Of a stretch of 64,000 nt of DNA, positions 24,420 through 35,589 are shown one piece after another; the stretch's first letter is position 1; every line of letters starts with the position of its first letter. Source of the stretch: Heptranchias perlo (taxonomy: Eukaryota); assembly GCF_035084215.1 (NCBI RefSeq), contig NW_027139548.1, forward strand, positions 7,936,001-8,000,000. Direction: 5' to 3'. The position numbers and the translations under genes are program-made. The notes beneath the pieces were generated by a model. The model had not been told where the DNA came from, did not search any database, and worked only from the letters and a program-made list of their open reading frames with translations.

Positions 24420-24850
24420 TTTAAATTCACTTCCTGTTTTATATAAAACACTAGTTGAGACAGGTTTACTCAGTATGAGAGCCCGACCCCTGTAACCCGG
24501 GGAACGATCTAAATTCTCACCCTCAGTCAGAGTTCAGTCCGCGCCGCCGATCATAATATTCACAAAGACCCGCGACTGGGAATCCCGGGATTCACGGGGG
24601 ATGCAATACTGCGTCTGCGCGGGAGAGCAAAGGCATTTTGACAGCAGTGCGCCTGCGTGAGAGAGCAGGCGTGCTTTGTCACCAGTGCGCCGCCTTGTCA
24701 TTTCATGCTGATTGTGCCCACACTGCGCCTGCGTGATATTCTGCTTTTCGCCTCCCGGTCTAAAAGCTAAAGTGAAGTTTCTCGGGGCTGCCGGGAGGGG
24801 TCACACTGGTTACCTCGGAGAGGGAACATGCGCAGTCCACCGGGGCATTA
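24420..24850 (-). promoter_or_regulatory. CpG-rich candidate promoter, probably for the minus-strand NLR
   Basis: Several NRF1-like TGCGC(C/A)TGCG motifs (~24610, 24648, 24724, 24828). A TATATAAAA-CAGGAAGT (TATA+ETS) sits on the minus strand at ~24428-24445. Splice-like sites lie downstream (GTGAG ~24382, ctgtttcacag ~24264). Confidence 0.4.
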
Positions 24851-25960
24851 AGGGTCATCTTGATTGGTGGGCACCGCAAATCATAAAGTGAGAGTTTATT
24901 ACAGTGTAAATAGATTGATGTTTAATTATATTAATGGCGCCTCCTCAGTTTGAGGAGGATCTTGTGCAGTTTCTTTTCTGTTAGTGACACTGGGCAACCC
25001 AGCGTCATCCCTATTGGTTTATTTGAAATAGACAACTGAAGCTCCACCTTCTCTGGCCACAAAACTTCACATTTAAATAACATCAAGCTGAATAACATCG
25101 TCAAACAAGGTTCAAGCTCCAGAGTAAAATCAGGGGCCTGACGCTGAGCAGCATTAATGAGCTGCCCAGAGTGGTCAGATGTGACTGAGTAGTGAGCAAG
25201 ACCTTGTTCACAACAGCTCCTGAGAGAAAGAACAGTGACATTTCCCGAACACCCGCCCCCCACTCTATAAGTCTCCCACACTTTTCATTGAATATCATTG
25301 TATTTCTTACATAGTTCAAAATTACCTTGTTATTTGATTTTCACCATCAGCTTTCTTCCACGAACCCTCCGAACGCCTCCTTTTGCTCGTATCCCCTTAT
25401 TACAATCTCTTACAAATTATTGCTCCTTGATAATTACTGTCAGCTCCCTTTTATCTTCAAAATAACTCTATTTGTACATGAATGCCTTCTTTTGAGAAAG
25501 CCGATTATCTCCCGTTCAGAGATTATCAACCTGCAACTCGTCCATCTCGTTTTTAACGTTCCCGTTCTTTTTCCACTCAAACCATCATTTTTCAGTTCCG
25601 TATGATCGCACATTCCGCGTTTCTACCGGCCGCTTTCTCAGTTTCTTAGTTCTACACACATATTTACACATTGAGCATTTGCTTTTCAATTAACCCAGTT
25701 ATCCTCGTGAAAGAACTTAATCTGTAATTTTATCATCGAACATTTAGTATTCCCCACAGCTGATCCGCTTGTTGATTTCCATTTTCCCAAGCAATAAATC
25801 TAGATCAGTCCAACTTTTTATCTGATAAACACTGCCTGCTGCTGAAGGCTGTTTATTGTGGGTCTATCCTCCCCCTCCTCTCCCTGAGTCTCTCATTTCC
25901 TCATCTCGATTCCAACTGGCCTGGCAATCAATACGTGACATTATACAGGCAGAGAGCGAT

Positions 25961-27655
25961 ATAGAGTCATAGAGTCATAGAGTCATAGAGTTATACAGCA
26001 CGGATAGAGGCCCTTCGGCCGATCGTGTCCGCGCCGGCCATCAAGCCCAATCTAATCTAATCCCATATTCCAGCATTTGGTCCGTAGCCTTGTATGCTAT
26101 GGCATTTCAAGTGCTCATCCAAATGCTTCTTGAATGTTGTGAGGGTTCCTGCCTCCACAACCCTCTCAGGCAGTGAGTTCCAGACGCCAACCACCCTCTG
26201 GGTGAAAAAGTTCTTTCTCAAATTCCCTCTAAACCTCCCGCCTTTTACCTTGAATCTATGTCCCCTTGTTATAAAACCCTCAACGAAGGGAAAAAGCTCC
26301 TTAGTATCGATCCTATCTGTGCCCCTCATAATTTTGTACACCTCAATCATGTCCCCCCTCAGCCTCCTCTGCTCCAAGGAAAACAAACCCAATCTTCCCA
26401 GTCTCTCTTCATAGCTGAAGCGCTCCAGCCCTGGTAACATCCTGGTGAATATTCTCTGCACCCTCTCCAAAGCGATCACATCCTTCCTGTCGTGCGGCAA
26501 CCAGAACTGCACACAGTACTCCAGCTGTGGCCTAACCAGTGTTAAATACAGCTCCATCATAACCTCCTTGCTCTTATATTCTATGCCTCGGGTAATAAAG
26601 GCAAGTATCCCATATGCCTTCTTTACCACCTTATCTACCTGTTCCGCCGCCTTCAGGGATCTGTGAACTTGCACACCAAGATCCCTCTGACCCTCTGTCT
26701 TGCCTAGGGTCTTCCCATTCATTGTGTATTCCCTTGCCTTGTTAGTCCCTCCAAAGTGCATCACCTCGCACTTTTCCGGGTTAAATTCCATTTGCCACTG
26801 TTCCGCCCATCTGACCAACCCATCTATATCGTCCTGCAGACTGAGGCTATCCTCCTCACTATTTACCACCCTACCAATTTTTGTATCATCAGCGAACTTA
26901 CTGATCATACCTTTTACATTCATATCCAAGTCGTTAATGTAGACCACAAACAGCAAGGGCCCCAGCACAGATCCCTGTGGTACCCCACTGGCCACAGGCT
27001 TCCAGTCACAAAAACAACCTTCGACCATCACCCTCTGCCTTCTGCCACTAAGCCAGTTTTGTATCCAAAGTGCCAAGGCAGCCTGGACTCCATGGGCTCG
27101 TACCTTCTTGACCAGTCTCCTGTGCGGGACTTTATCGAAGGCCTTACTGAAATCCATGTATACCACATCCACTGCGTTACCCTCATCCACACGCCTAGTC
27201 ACCCCCTCAAAAAATTCAATCAAATTAGTCAGACATGATCTTCCCTTGACAAAGCCATGTTGACTATCCCTGATTAATCCTTGCTTCTCCAAGTGGAGAC
27301 TAATTTTGTCCTTCAGAATTTTTTCCAATAATTTTCCGACCACTGGCCTGTAGTTCCCCGGTTTTTCCCTACTCCCCTTCTTGAATAATGGTACTACATT
27401 AGCGGTTCTCCAGTCCTCTGGCACATCCCCTGTGGCCAGAGAGGTTCTGAATATATGTGTCAGAGCCCCCGCAATCTCCTCCTTTGCCTCACACAGTAGC
27501 CTGGGATACATTTCGTCCGGGCCTGGGGATTTATCCATTTTTAGGCCTGCTAAAACCGCCAACACCTCCTCCCGCTCGATGTTAATATGTTCGAGTATAT
27601 CACAGTCCCCCTGTCGTATTTCGCTGTCTACGTCGTCCTTCTCCATAGTGAAAAC
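25961..27655 (-). mobile_element. Young 5'-truncated CR1 LINE with an open RT frame
   Basis: ORF 26057-27646 (529 aa) carries the full RT motif set, with a small in-frame deletion at YRPV-VGK. (ctatgact)n tail. Confidence 0.95.
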
Positions 27656-27659
27656 ATAT

Positions 27660-27815
27660 CGAGAGGGAGAGAAGTAGAGAGGGAAAGAGAGTTATAGAGG
27701 GAGTGGGGGGAGAGATGAGAGAGAGAAAGGGTGAGAGAAAGGGAAAGAGAAAGAGATGGAGAGAGAGAGACTTGGAGAGAGAGGTAGAGAGGGAGATAGA
27801 GTGAGGGAGACAGAC
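27660..27815. repeat. (GA)n-rich simple repeat
   Basis: gagaga/ggga runs. Confidence 0.7.
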
Positions 27816-28181
27816 AGTCATTTCAATCATGGCCAACATTCAAATATTTTTCTCACTACTGAGAGACGACACACGGAGTGAATGTTCTGAATTATGCTCT
27901 ATTAACTTAATGGAGAGAAAGACATAGGAAGGGATATGGATGGACGCAAATCCCGGATATGTCCCCCCACTCTGCACCCCATAGGATGAGATTTGAAACA
28001 AGGAGCACTGGTTTGTAAAATTTACCCTGTGTCTCAGAAAGAAGGGTCAATGGAAATGGGCCCTGGATCTGGAATCGGGTCAGTAAAACAAGTCTGAGAA
28101 GCTCTACCTTAGTGAATGTCGGGGGTAGAAGACTCTGATCTGATCTGTTCGGATCAAAGCAATTCGCACTCTCATTCATCG

Positions 28182-29085
28182 GAAAATAGGAACAGGAGTC
28201 GGCCATTCAGCCCCTCTAGCCTTTCCCCCATTCAATGAGATCATGGCTGATCTGTATCATAACTCCATTCACCCGCCTTGGCTCCATATCCCTTAATACC
28301 CTTGATTAGCAAACTATACGATCTCGGATTATAAATTATTAATTCAGCTAGCATCTACTTCCTTTTTTAGGATAGAGTTCCAACCTTTCCGTGAAGAAGT
28401 GTTTCCTAACTTCTGTCCTGAATGGCCTGGCTCTGATTTTAAAGTGATGTCCCCTTGTCCTCGACTCCCCCACCAGAGTAAAATGTTAATCTCAATCAAT
28501 TCCTTTCAAAATCCTAAAACTATCAATCAAATCACCCCTTAACCTTTTATGCTCCATGGAATGTAAGCAACTTTATGTCTCTCCTCCTGATTTAATGCTG
28601 GAGCCCTGGTAACAGTCTGTTGAATTTGCACTGCACTCCTTCAAGGCTATTACAGCCTTTCTATGCTGCTTTGCGCAGAACTATACACAGTACTCCAGGT
28701 GAGGTCCAACCTGGCCTTTGTATAGCTGTAACAAAACATCCTCCCACTATAGTCTAGCCCTCTCGATATAAAGGCTAACACTCCATTACTCTTTTTAATT
28801 AATTTTTGACCTGACGACTTTTAGTGAGCTGTGTACATGGACCCTTAAATCTCATTGGACCTCCACTGTTCCTAGCTTTAAAAAAACATACTCAGATCTA
28901 TCCTGTTTTGGTTCAAAATGTATGACCTCACATTTACCTGCGTTGAAATCCATCTGCAACAGTTTTGGCCACTCACTTTAATCTATCAATGTCTCTTTGT
29001 AATTTTATGCTCCTGTCGACATTGCATAATATGCCACCTATCTTTGTGCCACTGGCAAACTTGGATATAGGGCACTCTGTTATGG
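28182..29085 (-). mobile_element. CR1 LINE 3' portion, decayed
   Basis: 3' UTR aggaacaggagtcggccattcagcccc, plus remnants of the PHLEYC and SKFA..TKIGG coding segments. Confidence 0.8.
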
Positions 29086-29492
29086 AATCTGTTATGTTGG
29101 AACAGAATGGGAGCACGATGAAACATCATTTCTAAGGATTACCTCTTAACTAGCCAGGGTATACTTGACTTGAAATAAACCTGCTTTACAGAAAGGTTTT
29201 CATAAAGGAGGAAGGAAGCGTAGAGGAAGTATATCGTGGTCTAAGTATTCACCGAGGCGGGACATTTTCTACTCCCGCAATCTGTCGGCGGCATCCTAAA
29301 TGTGGGGAAACTTCCTCAGATCGATTTCTACTGAAATCCTAAACTCGTCCTCTTCGACTGCTCTTCCCTAGAAATGAAGAACATAGCAATTCTCCTGTTA
29401 TGTTCATGATATCGCGAACACACAGTGAGAACATGAACTTCTTCCCTCTGAATAATACTTCATATTTACAGCACATTAAATGTAACAATTAC

Positions 29493-29574
29493 CGGAGCGG
29501 TTTCTTCACGTCATTTTGCGTTTCTCATTCCAGACTGGTCCAGATGATACTGGTTGGTTGACTGGGCATCGCGC
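29493..29574 (-). pseudogene. Putative connecting-peptide exon of the TCR-like gene
   Basis: ggccAG|GCGCGATG...CTCCG|GTAATT. The phase-1 frame reads GAMPSQPTSIIWTSLE*ETQNDVKKPL (82 nt, contains a stop). Confidence 0.35.
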
Positions 29575-29855
29575 CTGGCCAATGAAACGCACACATTTAA
29601 AGGAAGCGGATTGGAGGTGTTATGCACCAATCTATGAACAGAACTGGAGCTCAGACCCTTAACGGCTCTCTACTCTACACGCACTTTCACCGCGCCTTTT
29701 TTTCCGACTCCTGGATATACTTCAATGGTTTTCCGCCAGTCCCGGGTTCCAGTATGTAATCCAGGCAGGCACTTCGCTCCTAAACAACGGTTACTTCATT
29801 TGAAAAGTTAACGCGCTTTATAAATGGAACCTCTTCCTTTTGGTGCATATAAAAA

Positions 29856-30365
29856 TATTTACATTTCGACAGCGCCTTTCACGACCTCAGGACGTCCCAA
29901 AGTGATATGAAGTAATATTTGAAGTGTAGTCACTGTTGTAATGTAGGGAAACGGGGCAACCAATTTGCGCACAGCAAGATCCCACCAACAGCAATGTGAT
30001 AATGACCAGATCATCTGTTTTAGTGATGTTGGTTGAGGAATAAATATTGGCCAGGACATCGGGGAGAACTCCATTCTCCTTCTTCCAAAAGTAGCCCTGA
30101 GATCTTTTCGGTCTACCTGAGGGGATAGACGGGGCCTCGGTTTAACGACTTTTCGGAAAACGGCATCTCTAACAGGGCAGCACAACCTCAGTACTCAACC
30201 TCGAACAATATAGGACTCCAGTACTGACCCTCGGTCAGTGAAGGACTCCCTCAGTACTGCACTGGGAAAGTCGGTCTGCATTATGCGCGCAAGTCTCCGG
30301 AGTGGGTTTGAACCCACGATCTTCTGACCCAAAGGTGGGAGTGCTGCCCACTGATCCACCGCTAG
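29856..30365 (-). mobile_element. tRNA-derived SINE with L2-like tail (DeuSINE/SacSINE-like), near full-length
   Basis: Tail tttacatttcgacagcgcctttcacgacctcaggacgtcccaaagtg, a conserved core, and a head with a gggttcaaaccc B-box. Confidence 0.85.
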
Positions 30366-30441
30366 CACCTGGTCCTATTATTGATCTACTCCAATTCATA
30401 ATGACGAGCAATAAAATGTTGAAACGCACCGTTTCCATAAC

Positions 30442-30741
30442 CTGTTCGCAGGAGGTTGCCGTCCGGTGCGGTGACTCTTTCCACGTTGCAATCGATCACA
30501 TCCGCGGGTCTCCATGGGTCCATAGGTAGAAAACCAGCCGCCGTGTAACTGCCGTTTCCCGTGTACAGAGGGGATGAACCCAACCTCTTGACTGCCGTGG
30601 AGGAAGATTTCATGGACACGTTCATTTCTTTCGGATAGAAATCCATCACCAAGCAAACTGCTGCTGTGTTTCCGCTCCTACTCTGAGAGTCGATTGGAGG
30701 GAAAAAGCGGTGCGCTATTGGCCTGGAATGTTTCGTCAGCT
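30442..30741 (-). CDS. TCR delta/alpha-like C1-set constant-domain exon (300 nt, phase 1-1, open)
   Basis: gacAG|AG CTG...ACA G|GTTATG. It encodes KLTKHSRPIAHRFFPPIDSQSRSGNTAAVCLVMDFYPKEMNVSMKSSSTAVKRLGSSPLYTGNGSYTAAGFLPMDPWRPADVIDCNVERVTAPDGNLLRT, with C1 hallmarks CLVxDFYP, G-x-Y and a second Cys, and no C-strand Trp as in TCR alpha/delta C. Confidence 0.8.
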
Positions 30742-31924
30742 CTGTCATTGAAATTAATAACACTATATTCTGGCGCACAATTAAAAGAGAATATTGCTCT
30801 TAATTCCTTTTCAAAAACGCACATCAACACCAGGGGTTCTGTATAAAATACGACAGAAATAGTAACATAAATATGAACCTTAGTTCAACCATTGGATTAA
30901 TATCATTTTCAACTGGACCAATGAGCGGCACATGTAAACAGAAAGAACGGTGAAAGTCAGCGAAGCCCGAAGGTTAAGACTCTTAGCAGAGTGGAGGAAC
31001 GGAGATACAAAGTTGTTCCCGACGCATAGATGGTTCCAGGAATCCAGAAAACCAGATTATTAAAAGCAAAAGGACAGGCACAAAGGCCGATTTAAAAAGG
31101 CAAATGGGATTCCGGAGTTTAGACACCTGTTGTTAAATGTGGGCGCGTTGAACATAAAAAGTAGCAAGTGAGATTGAATTGACATCAGATATCAGTCAGG
31201 CAACAGAATACTGGGCGCTGTTGGGCATCCCGTTATATTGGAACTATGGGGAGGGGACGACAAAGATTAACTAGATTGATGCCAGCAATGAAAGATTGTA
31301 GTTCGGACGAAAGACTCCAAAACCTGTCTGTTGTTGTTTTACTACATCGATGCAGGTTGAGGAGCATATTCTGGGAGAGCGAGCGCAGGCCCGAGGAACA
31401 GAATGATATCCTTCTCTACGGCAAAGCTTAGGATTCTATGAATTAATAGCCTCGTTCGCTTTTTCTAAGGTTCCACCCAGCTGTCTCTCTCTTTCTTCCT
31501 TACTTTCTCTCTCTCTCTTTCTTTCTTGTTTGCTTTTAATCTTTTTCCTTCTCTTTCTATCTTCCTTTCTATTTATCATTAGTTCTGTTTGACATTTTAA
31601 CCAAAGACTTTCGTGGCACTATATCGCCATTTTTAAGCAAATTAATCTTAAGGGACAGTGAGTTATTGTTCGGGTTACATAAAAAAAACGCAAGCTTCAC
31701 CTCGCAGAAATTATTGGATCTTTGAAAAGTAAAACTGAAAGACAAGAGCCCGGAAATGACCAGAACCAGTTTATACCCCGAATGGGGAAAAGCTCGACTT
31801 GAACAGATAAACAGAACCAATTTATACCCTGAATGGGCAAAAGATCGACTTGCCAATAAAAAGCAGCCCTGAACGAGAAAAGAGATGAGTGACAACAAAG
31901 AAATCATCACAAAAATAAATTCAC

Positions 31925-32475
31925 AATTATGTTAGGAAAATGAGCAGGGTCAGACCAATGTGGGTCCCTTAAGAACAGATAATGGTGATATTGTAAATTA
32001 AAACATGGAGTTGGTGGACATGTTAAATAATTACTTTGCATCAGCAATTACAGTAGAAGAAGAGGATACCCTGCCAGACACCCCAAGGTAACACATTTTG
32101 GATCAGGAACGGGCACTCACTATAATTAACGTAAGCAAATTAACAGTATGGCACTAATGAGTGACAAATCCCCAGAACTAGATGCTTTCCACGCTAGGGT
32201 TTTAAAGGAAGTGGGTGAGAACACTGCAGATACCCTAATTATAATCTTCCAAAGTTCTCTCGATTCTGGAACTGTTCCTTTCGATTGGAAAATTGCACAT
32301 GTCAGTCCACTATTTAAGAAAGGTGAGCGAGGGAAACCTGGGAATTATAGACCTAACATCTGTTGTCGGGAAATCACTAGAGTTTCTAATTAAGGATCGA
32401 GTGACTGAACACCTTGAAAATGTTCAGCTGATCAGAGAGAGCCAGTATGGATTTATAAAGCGTAGAACATGCCTG
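31925..32475 (+). mobile_element. CR1 internal fragment
   Basis: DKSPELDAFHARVLKEV...DWKIAHVSPLFKKG...GNYRP, then SQYGF. Confidence 0.8.
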
Positions 32476-32549
32476 AGAAGCGTCAGCCGGCATCACTGTC
32501 CTTGTTGGAATCGTGTGGCTTCCTGAACGAACGAATGTACGAACGAACT

Positions 32550-32700
32550 TGCTCTTCTTCGCAATAGTGCCTTGGAATCTTTTACTTCCACCTGAGTGGG
32601 CTTCGGTTTAATATCTCATCCGAAAGATGGCAGCTCCGACAGTGCAGCACTCTCTCAGCACTACACTGGAGTGGCAGCCTAGATTATGTGCTCAAGTCTC
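32550..32700 (-). mobile_element. SINE core fragment
   Basis: gctcttcttc...catccgaaagatggcagctccgacagtgcagcac matches the SINE core at ~30070-30290. Confidence 0.65.
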
Positions 32701-32754
32701 TTGTAAAAGAAGCCCTTGGATGGCCTGATATCTTCCCTTTTCATGGTCCACACG

Positions 32755-33205
32755 TGTCGATACCGGGTCTGGAAGGGATAAATGAATTTAAATGACAGGA
32801 TACATCGACTTGGCCTGGGTATTCGTTTGAGTTGGGAAAGTTGTGGGATGACCTAACTGAAGTGTTTAAAATGTTAAAGGGATTCAATAGGGGAGATTCA
32901 GTGAAACTCTTTCCTCTGGTGGGGGAATTCAGAACAAAAGGGCATAATCTTAACATTAGACCGAGGCCTCGCGAGAATGAAATCAGGAAGCGTTTATTTC
33001 ACACAAAGTGTAGTGGAAATCTGGAACTCTCTGCCACAAAATGGCTGTGGATGTCTGGGGGACAACTTATTTTTTCTAGAGTGAGAACTGTAGATTTTAC
33101 TTAGGGAAGGGTATTAAGGGATATAAGTCCAATTCAGTTGTGTTAGAGGTTCGCAATGATCTGGCTGAACAGTCCCGAGGGGCTGAATGGCCTCCTCCTG
33201 CTCTT
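32755..33205 (+). mobile_element. CR1 3' fragment
   Basis: DLTEVFKMLKGF...RTKGHNL, and the 3' UTR ggctgaatggcctcctcctgctc. Confidence 0.75.
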
Positions 33206-33411
33206 ATGGCCCGATGTAGGAATGAGTAATCGGGGAAAGCACACAGGGCAGGCTGGGGCCTGTGGGATTTTAACCCCAGTACACACTCGATGTTTGGGTG
33301 TTAGAAGGAAGAGAGACATGTGGAACCAAATACAGTTAGAAAGAAAGAACACGACGAAGAGGAAAGCGAAAGAAAAGGGGGACTGCTAATAATATTATTA
33401 ATCCTCCTTAA

Positions 33412-33767
33412 TTGGCTTCACAATGTGCCTGACCCCATCTCCAAACGTGGGCTTGTCTAATGGCGGCTCCTTTCCCTCGAAGACGCAGTAATAAATCCCG
33501 CTGTCCTTTGTCTCGGCTTTCTTGATTCGTAAGGTCGTTTTCTTCTTGGAGCTCTGAGGAGCTCATCTCCGTCCTTGGTGCCCTGTGACCGCAAGTTGTC
33601 GAGTATCAGCACCAGCGGACCGCTCTCCATCTTCTCTTGCTTCAACCAGAAGAGGATTTCCCCGTCGGCCAAAATTGCTCCAGTCTGGCACCGCAACTCG
33701 ACCGCGACCCCCTCGGCCGTCGAGATACTGACCAGTGTTTGCTTGAATCACCCGATCGAGTGACCCT
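33412..33767 (-). pseudogene. Germline-joined TCR-like V-J exon, disrupted
   Basis: tgtatttcAG| then the phase-1 frame GHSIG*FKQTLVSISTAEGVAVELRC(33688)QTGAILADGEILFW(33646)LKQEKMESGPLVLI. After a frameshift at ~33545-33575 it reads SSKKKTTLRIKKAETKDSGIYYC(33485)VFEGKEPPLDKPTFGDGVRHIVKP. The expected donor is mutated (A|TTAAGG), and there is no RSS. Confidence 0.85.
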
Positions 33768-34039
33768 CTGAAATACAGCATAATCAGAAAGTAATGATAT
33801 TCGATGGAAACTAAATAGAAAGCAACGTTTCTCTTAATAAAATAAATCAAAGAAAGGCAGTCTTGCATTTACACAGCGCCTTTCACAACTTCAGGACATC
33901 TCAAAGTGCTTCACTCAGTCTGCATGTGGCTCCAGCCCTACATCATGTAGTTGGCCCTTAACGCCATCTGAAGTGGTCTAGCAAACAAACTTAGTTGTAG
34001 ATCAATAAACGAGTGTCCTGTCTGCGTTGCCAAGTAGAG

Positions 34040-34300
34040 AATCATTCAGTCATCAGCACAGAATGAAGCCATTCGGACCATCGTGCCTCTGCTGGCTCTT
34101 TGAAAGTTCTTTTCAATTAGTCCCATTTCTTGCACTTTCCCCATATCCCTGAGATTCTGTCCTCTTGAAGTATTTACCCAATTCCATTTTGAAAGTTACT
34201 ATTGAATCTGCTTTAACCGTCCTTTGAGGCAGTGAATTCCAGATCATAACAACTCGCTGCCTAAAAAACATTCTCCACACCTGTCCGCTGGTTGTTTCAC
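34040..34300 (-). mobile_element. CR1 3' fragment (preceded by a SINE tail at ~33850-33915)
   Basis: gccattcggaccatcgtgcc 3' UTR and ttgaatctgct...ttccagatcataacaactcgctgc. Confidence 0.7.
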
Positions 34301-34853
34301 GTCTCTGGGCTTATCTTAAACTGTATGAATACACTTTTCTCTTTATTTTAAGTAGCTCTTTTTCCAAATATTTCCAATGGAAAATGGCTAAATAATCGTG
34401 AAACGCGACAGTCACATGACAGAGTGGTTAATGCTGTGCGGTCCGTAGTTCTTGTAATAGCTGCAAATATTATATGTAAACTGGAATGTTAATGCATCGT
34501 TTTATTAGAGGTACACGAAATAACCTAAAGAAAGCGGCAAGATACATACGTTGGAAATAAGCCCAAAGCATCAGCTGCAATAACACAGTCTCCATTTTAA
34601 CCGAGAATGTTCCGCGAGCTCCTTCACCTAATGGGCATCACAGCTTATGGCGTCCGAGCAGTGGAATCAGCGGGTCAATCTCGTCTCCACTTCGCCAACC
34701 TCAACACTCGAGAGCTCACACCGCGTTCTGCCTTGTTTCCACCTCTGGCAATAATTCAAATCGAGACTGGATATCCAGAAGGCCAGAAATGTGAAAGATA
34801 AGGTAAAAAGCAAAGTCCCGTACCAAAATCTGACTTACCCTCACACGGCCTGT

Positions 34854-35085
34854 GTCAGCCTTGGCTTAGAGGCAACACTCTCCCTTCTGAGTCAGAAGTT
34901 TACAGCGAACAAGCCGCAGTCCAGAGATTTGAGAACACAATATGGGCTGATATTTCACCGTCGTTAAACCGAGGCCCCGTCTGTCCCTCTGAAATGACGT
35001 AAAAGATCCCGCAGAACGTTTTGGAAGAAGTACAGGGAGAGTTCTCTTCCTCTCCAGGACAATTTGTGCTCTCAATATCCGTTTA
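34854..35085 (+). mobile_element. tRNA-derived SINE, 5' half
   Basis: gtcagccttggctt...ctgagtcagaag head and gttaaaccgaggccccgtctg core. Confidence 0.7.
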
Positions 35086-35589
35086 AAGCACACCATAAAT
35101 ACTTTCCCGTATCTTTCGCAGCAGACAGTTTAGACCCGCATGGTTAACCATGTGATGGCGGTCTGGAGTCAGGTGGCGACCACAACATCGTGGTGGTGGG
35201 GGAGGGGGCGAACTTTGAGCGATTATGTAAAATGGGGGATCGAATTCTTCGCCCATGACTTCAATGGGAAGCAAAATCGGACGGGGCGGACAATACGATG
35301 ACGCCCAATTTACCCTATCTCCCAAAGTTAAAATCAGCCCTGGGATTGACGTGACAGCTTCTGCTCCCTGAAGGATATCAGTGAACCATTTGAGGTGAGA
35401 GGGCAATCTTTCAGTTTTCCCGGTTAAAGTTGTTGTTTATTTGCTGGTGCGACGCCGGAAATCTCCATAATTATTGAACTTAACTTCACAGAGTAATGAC
35501 ACACAAAGCTGTTCTACATCCCTGTGTTACTATGACAACGGTATTTTCTGCGGTAACATTTGTTACAATAACCTGTAACCTCATGACTC

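Noticed and set aside
29421-29460. CACAGTG heptamer near the TCR-like gene
   Set aside because: There is no nonamer at 12- or 23-bp spacing, so it is not a credible RSS.
30290-30365. tRNA-like sequence with a B-box (also ~230-293, ~3100-3165 and ~34854-34930)
   Set aside because: These are SINE heads attached to SINE bodies, with no complete cloverleaf.
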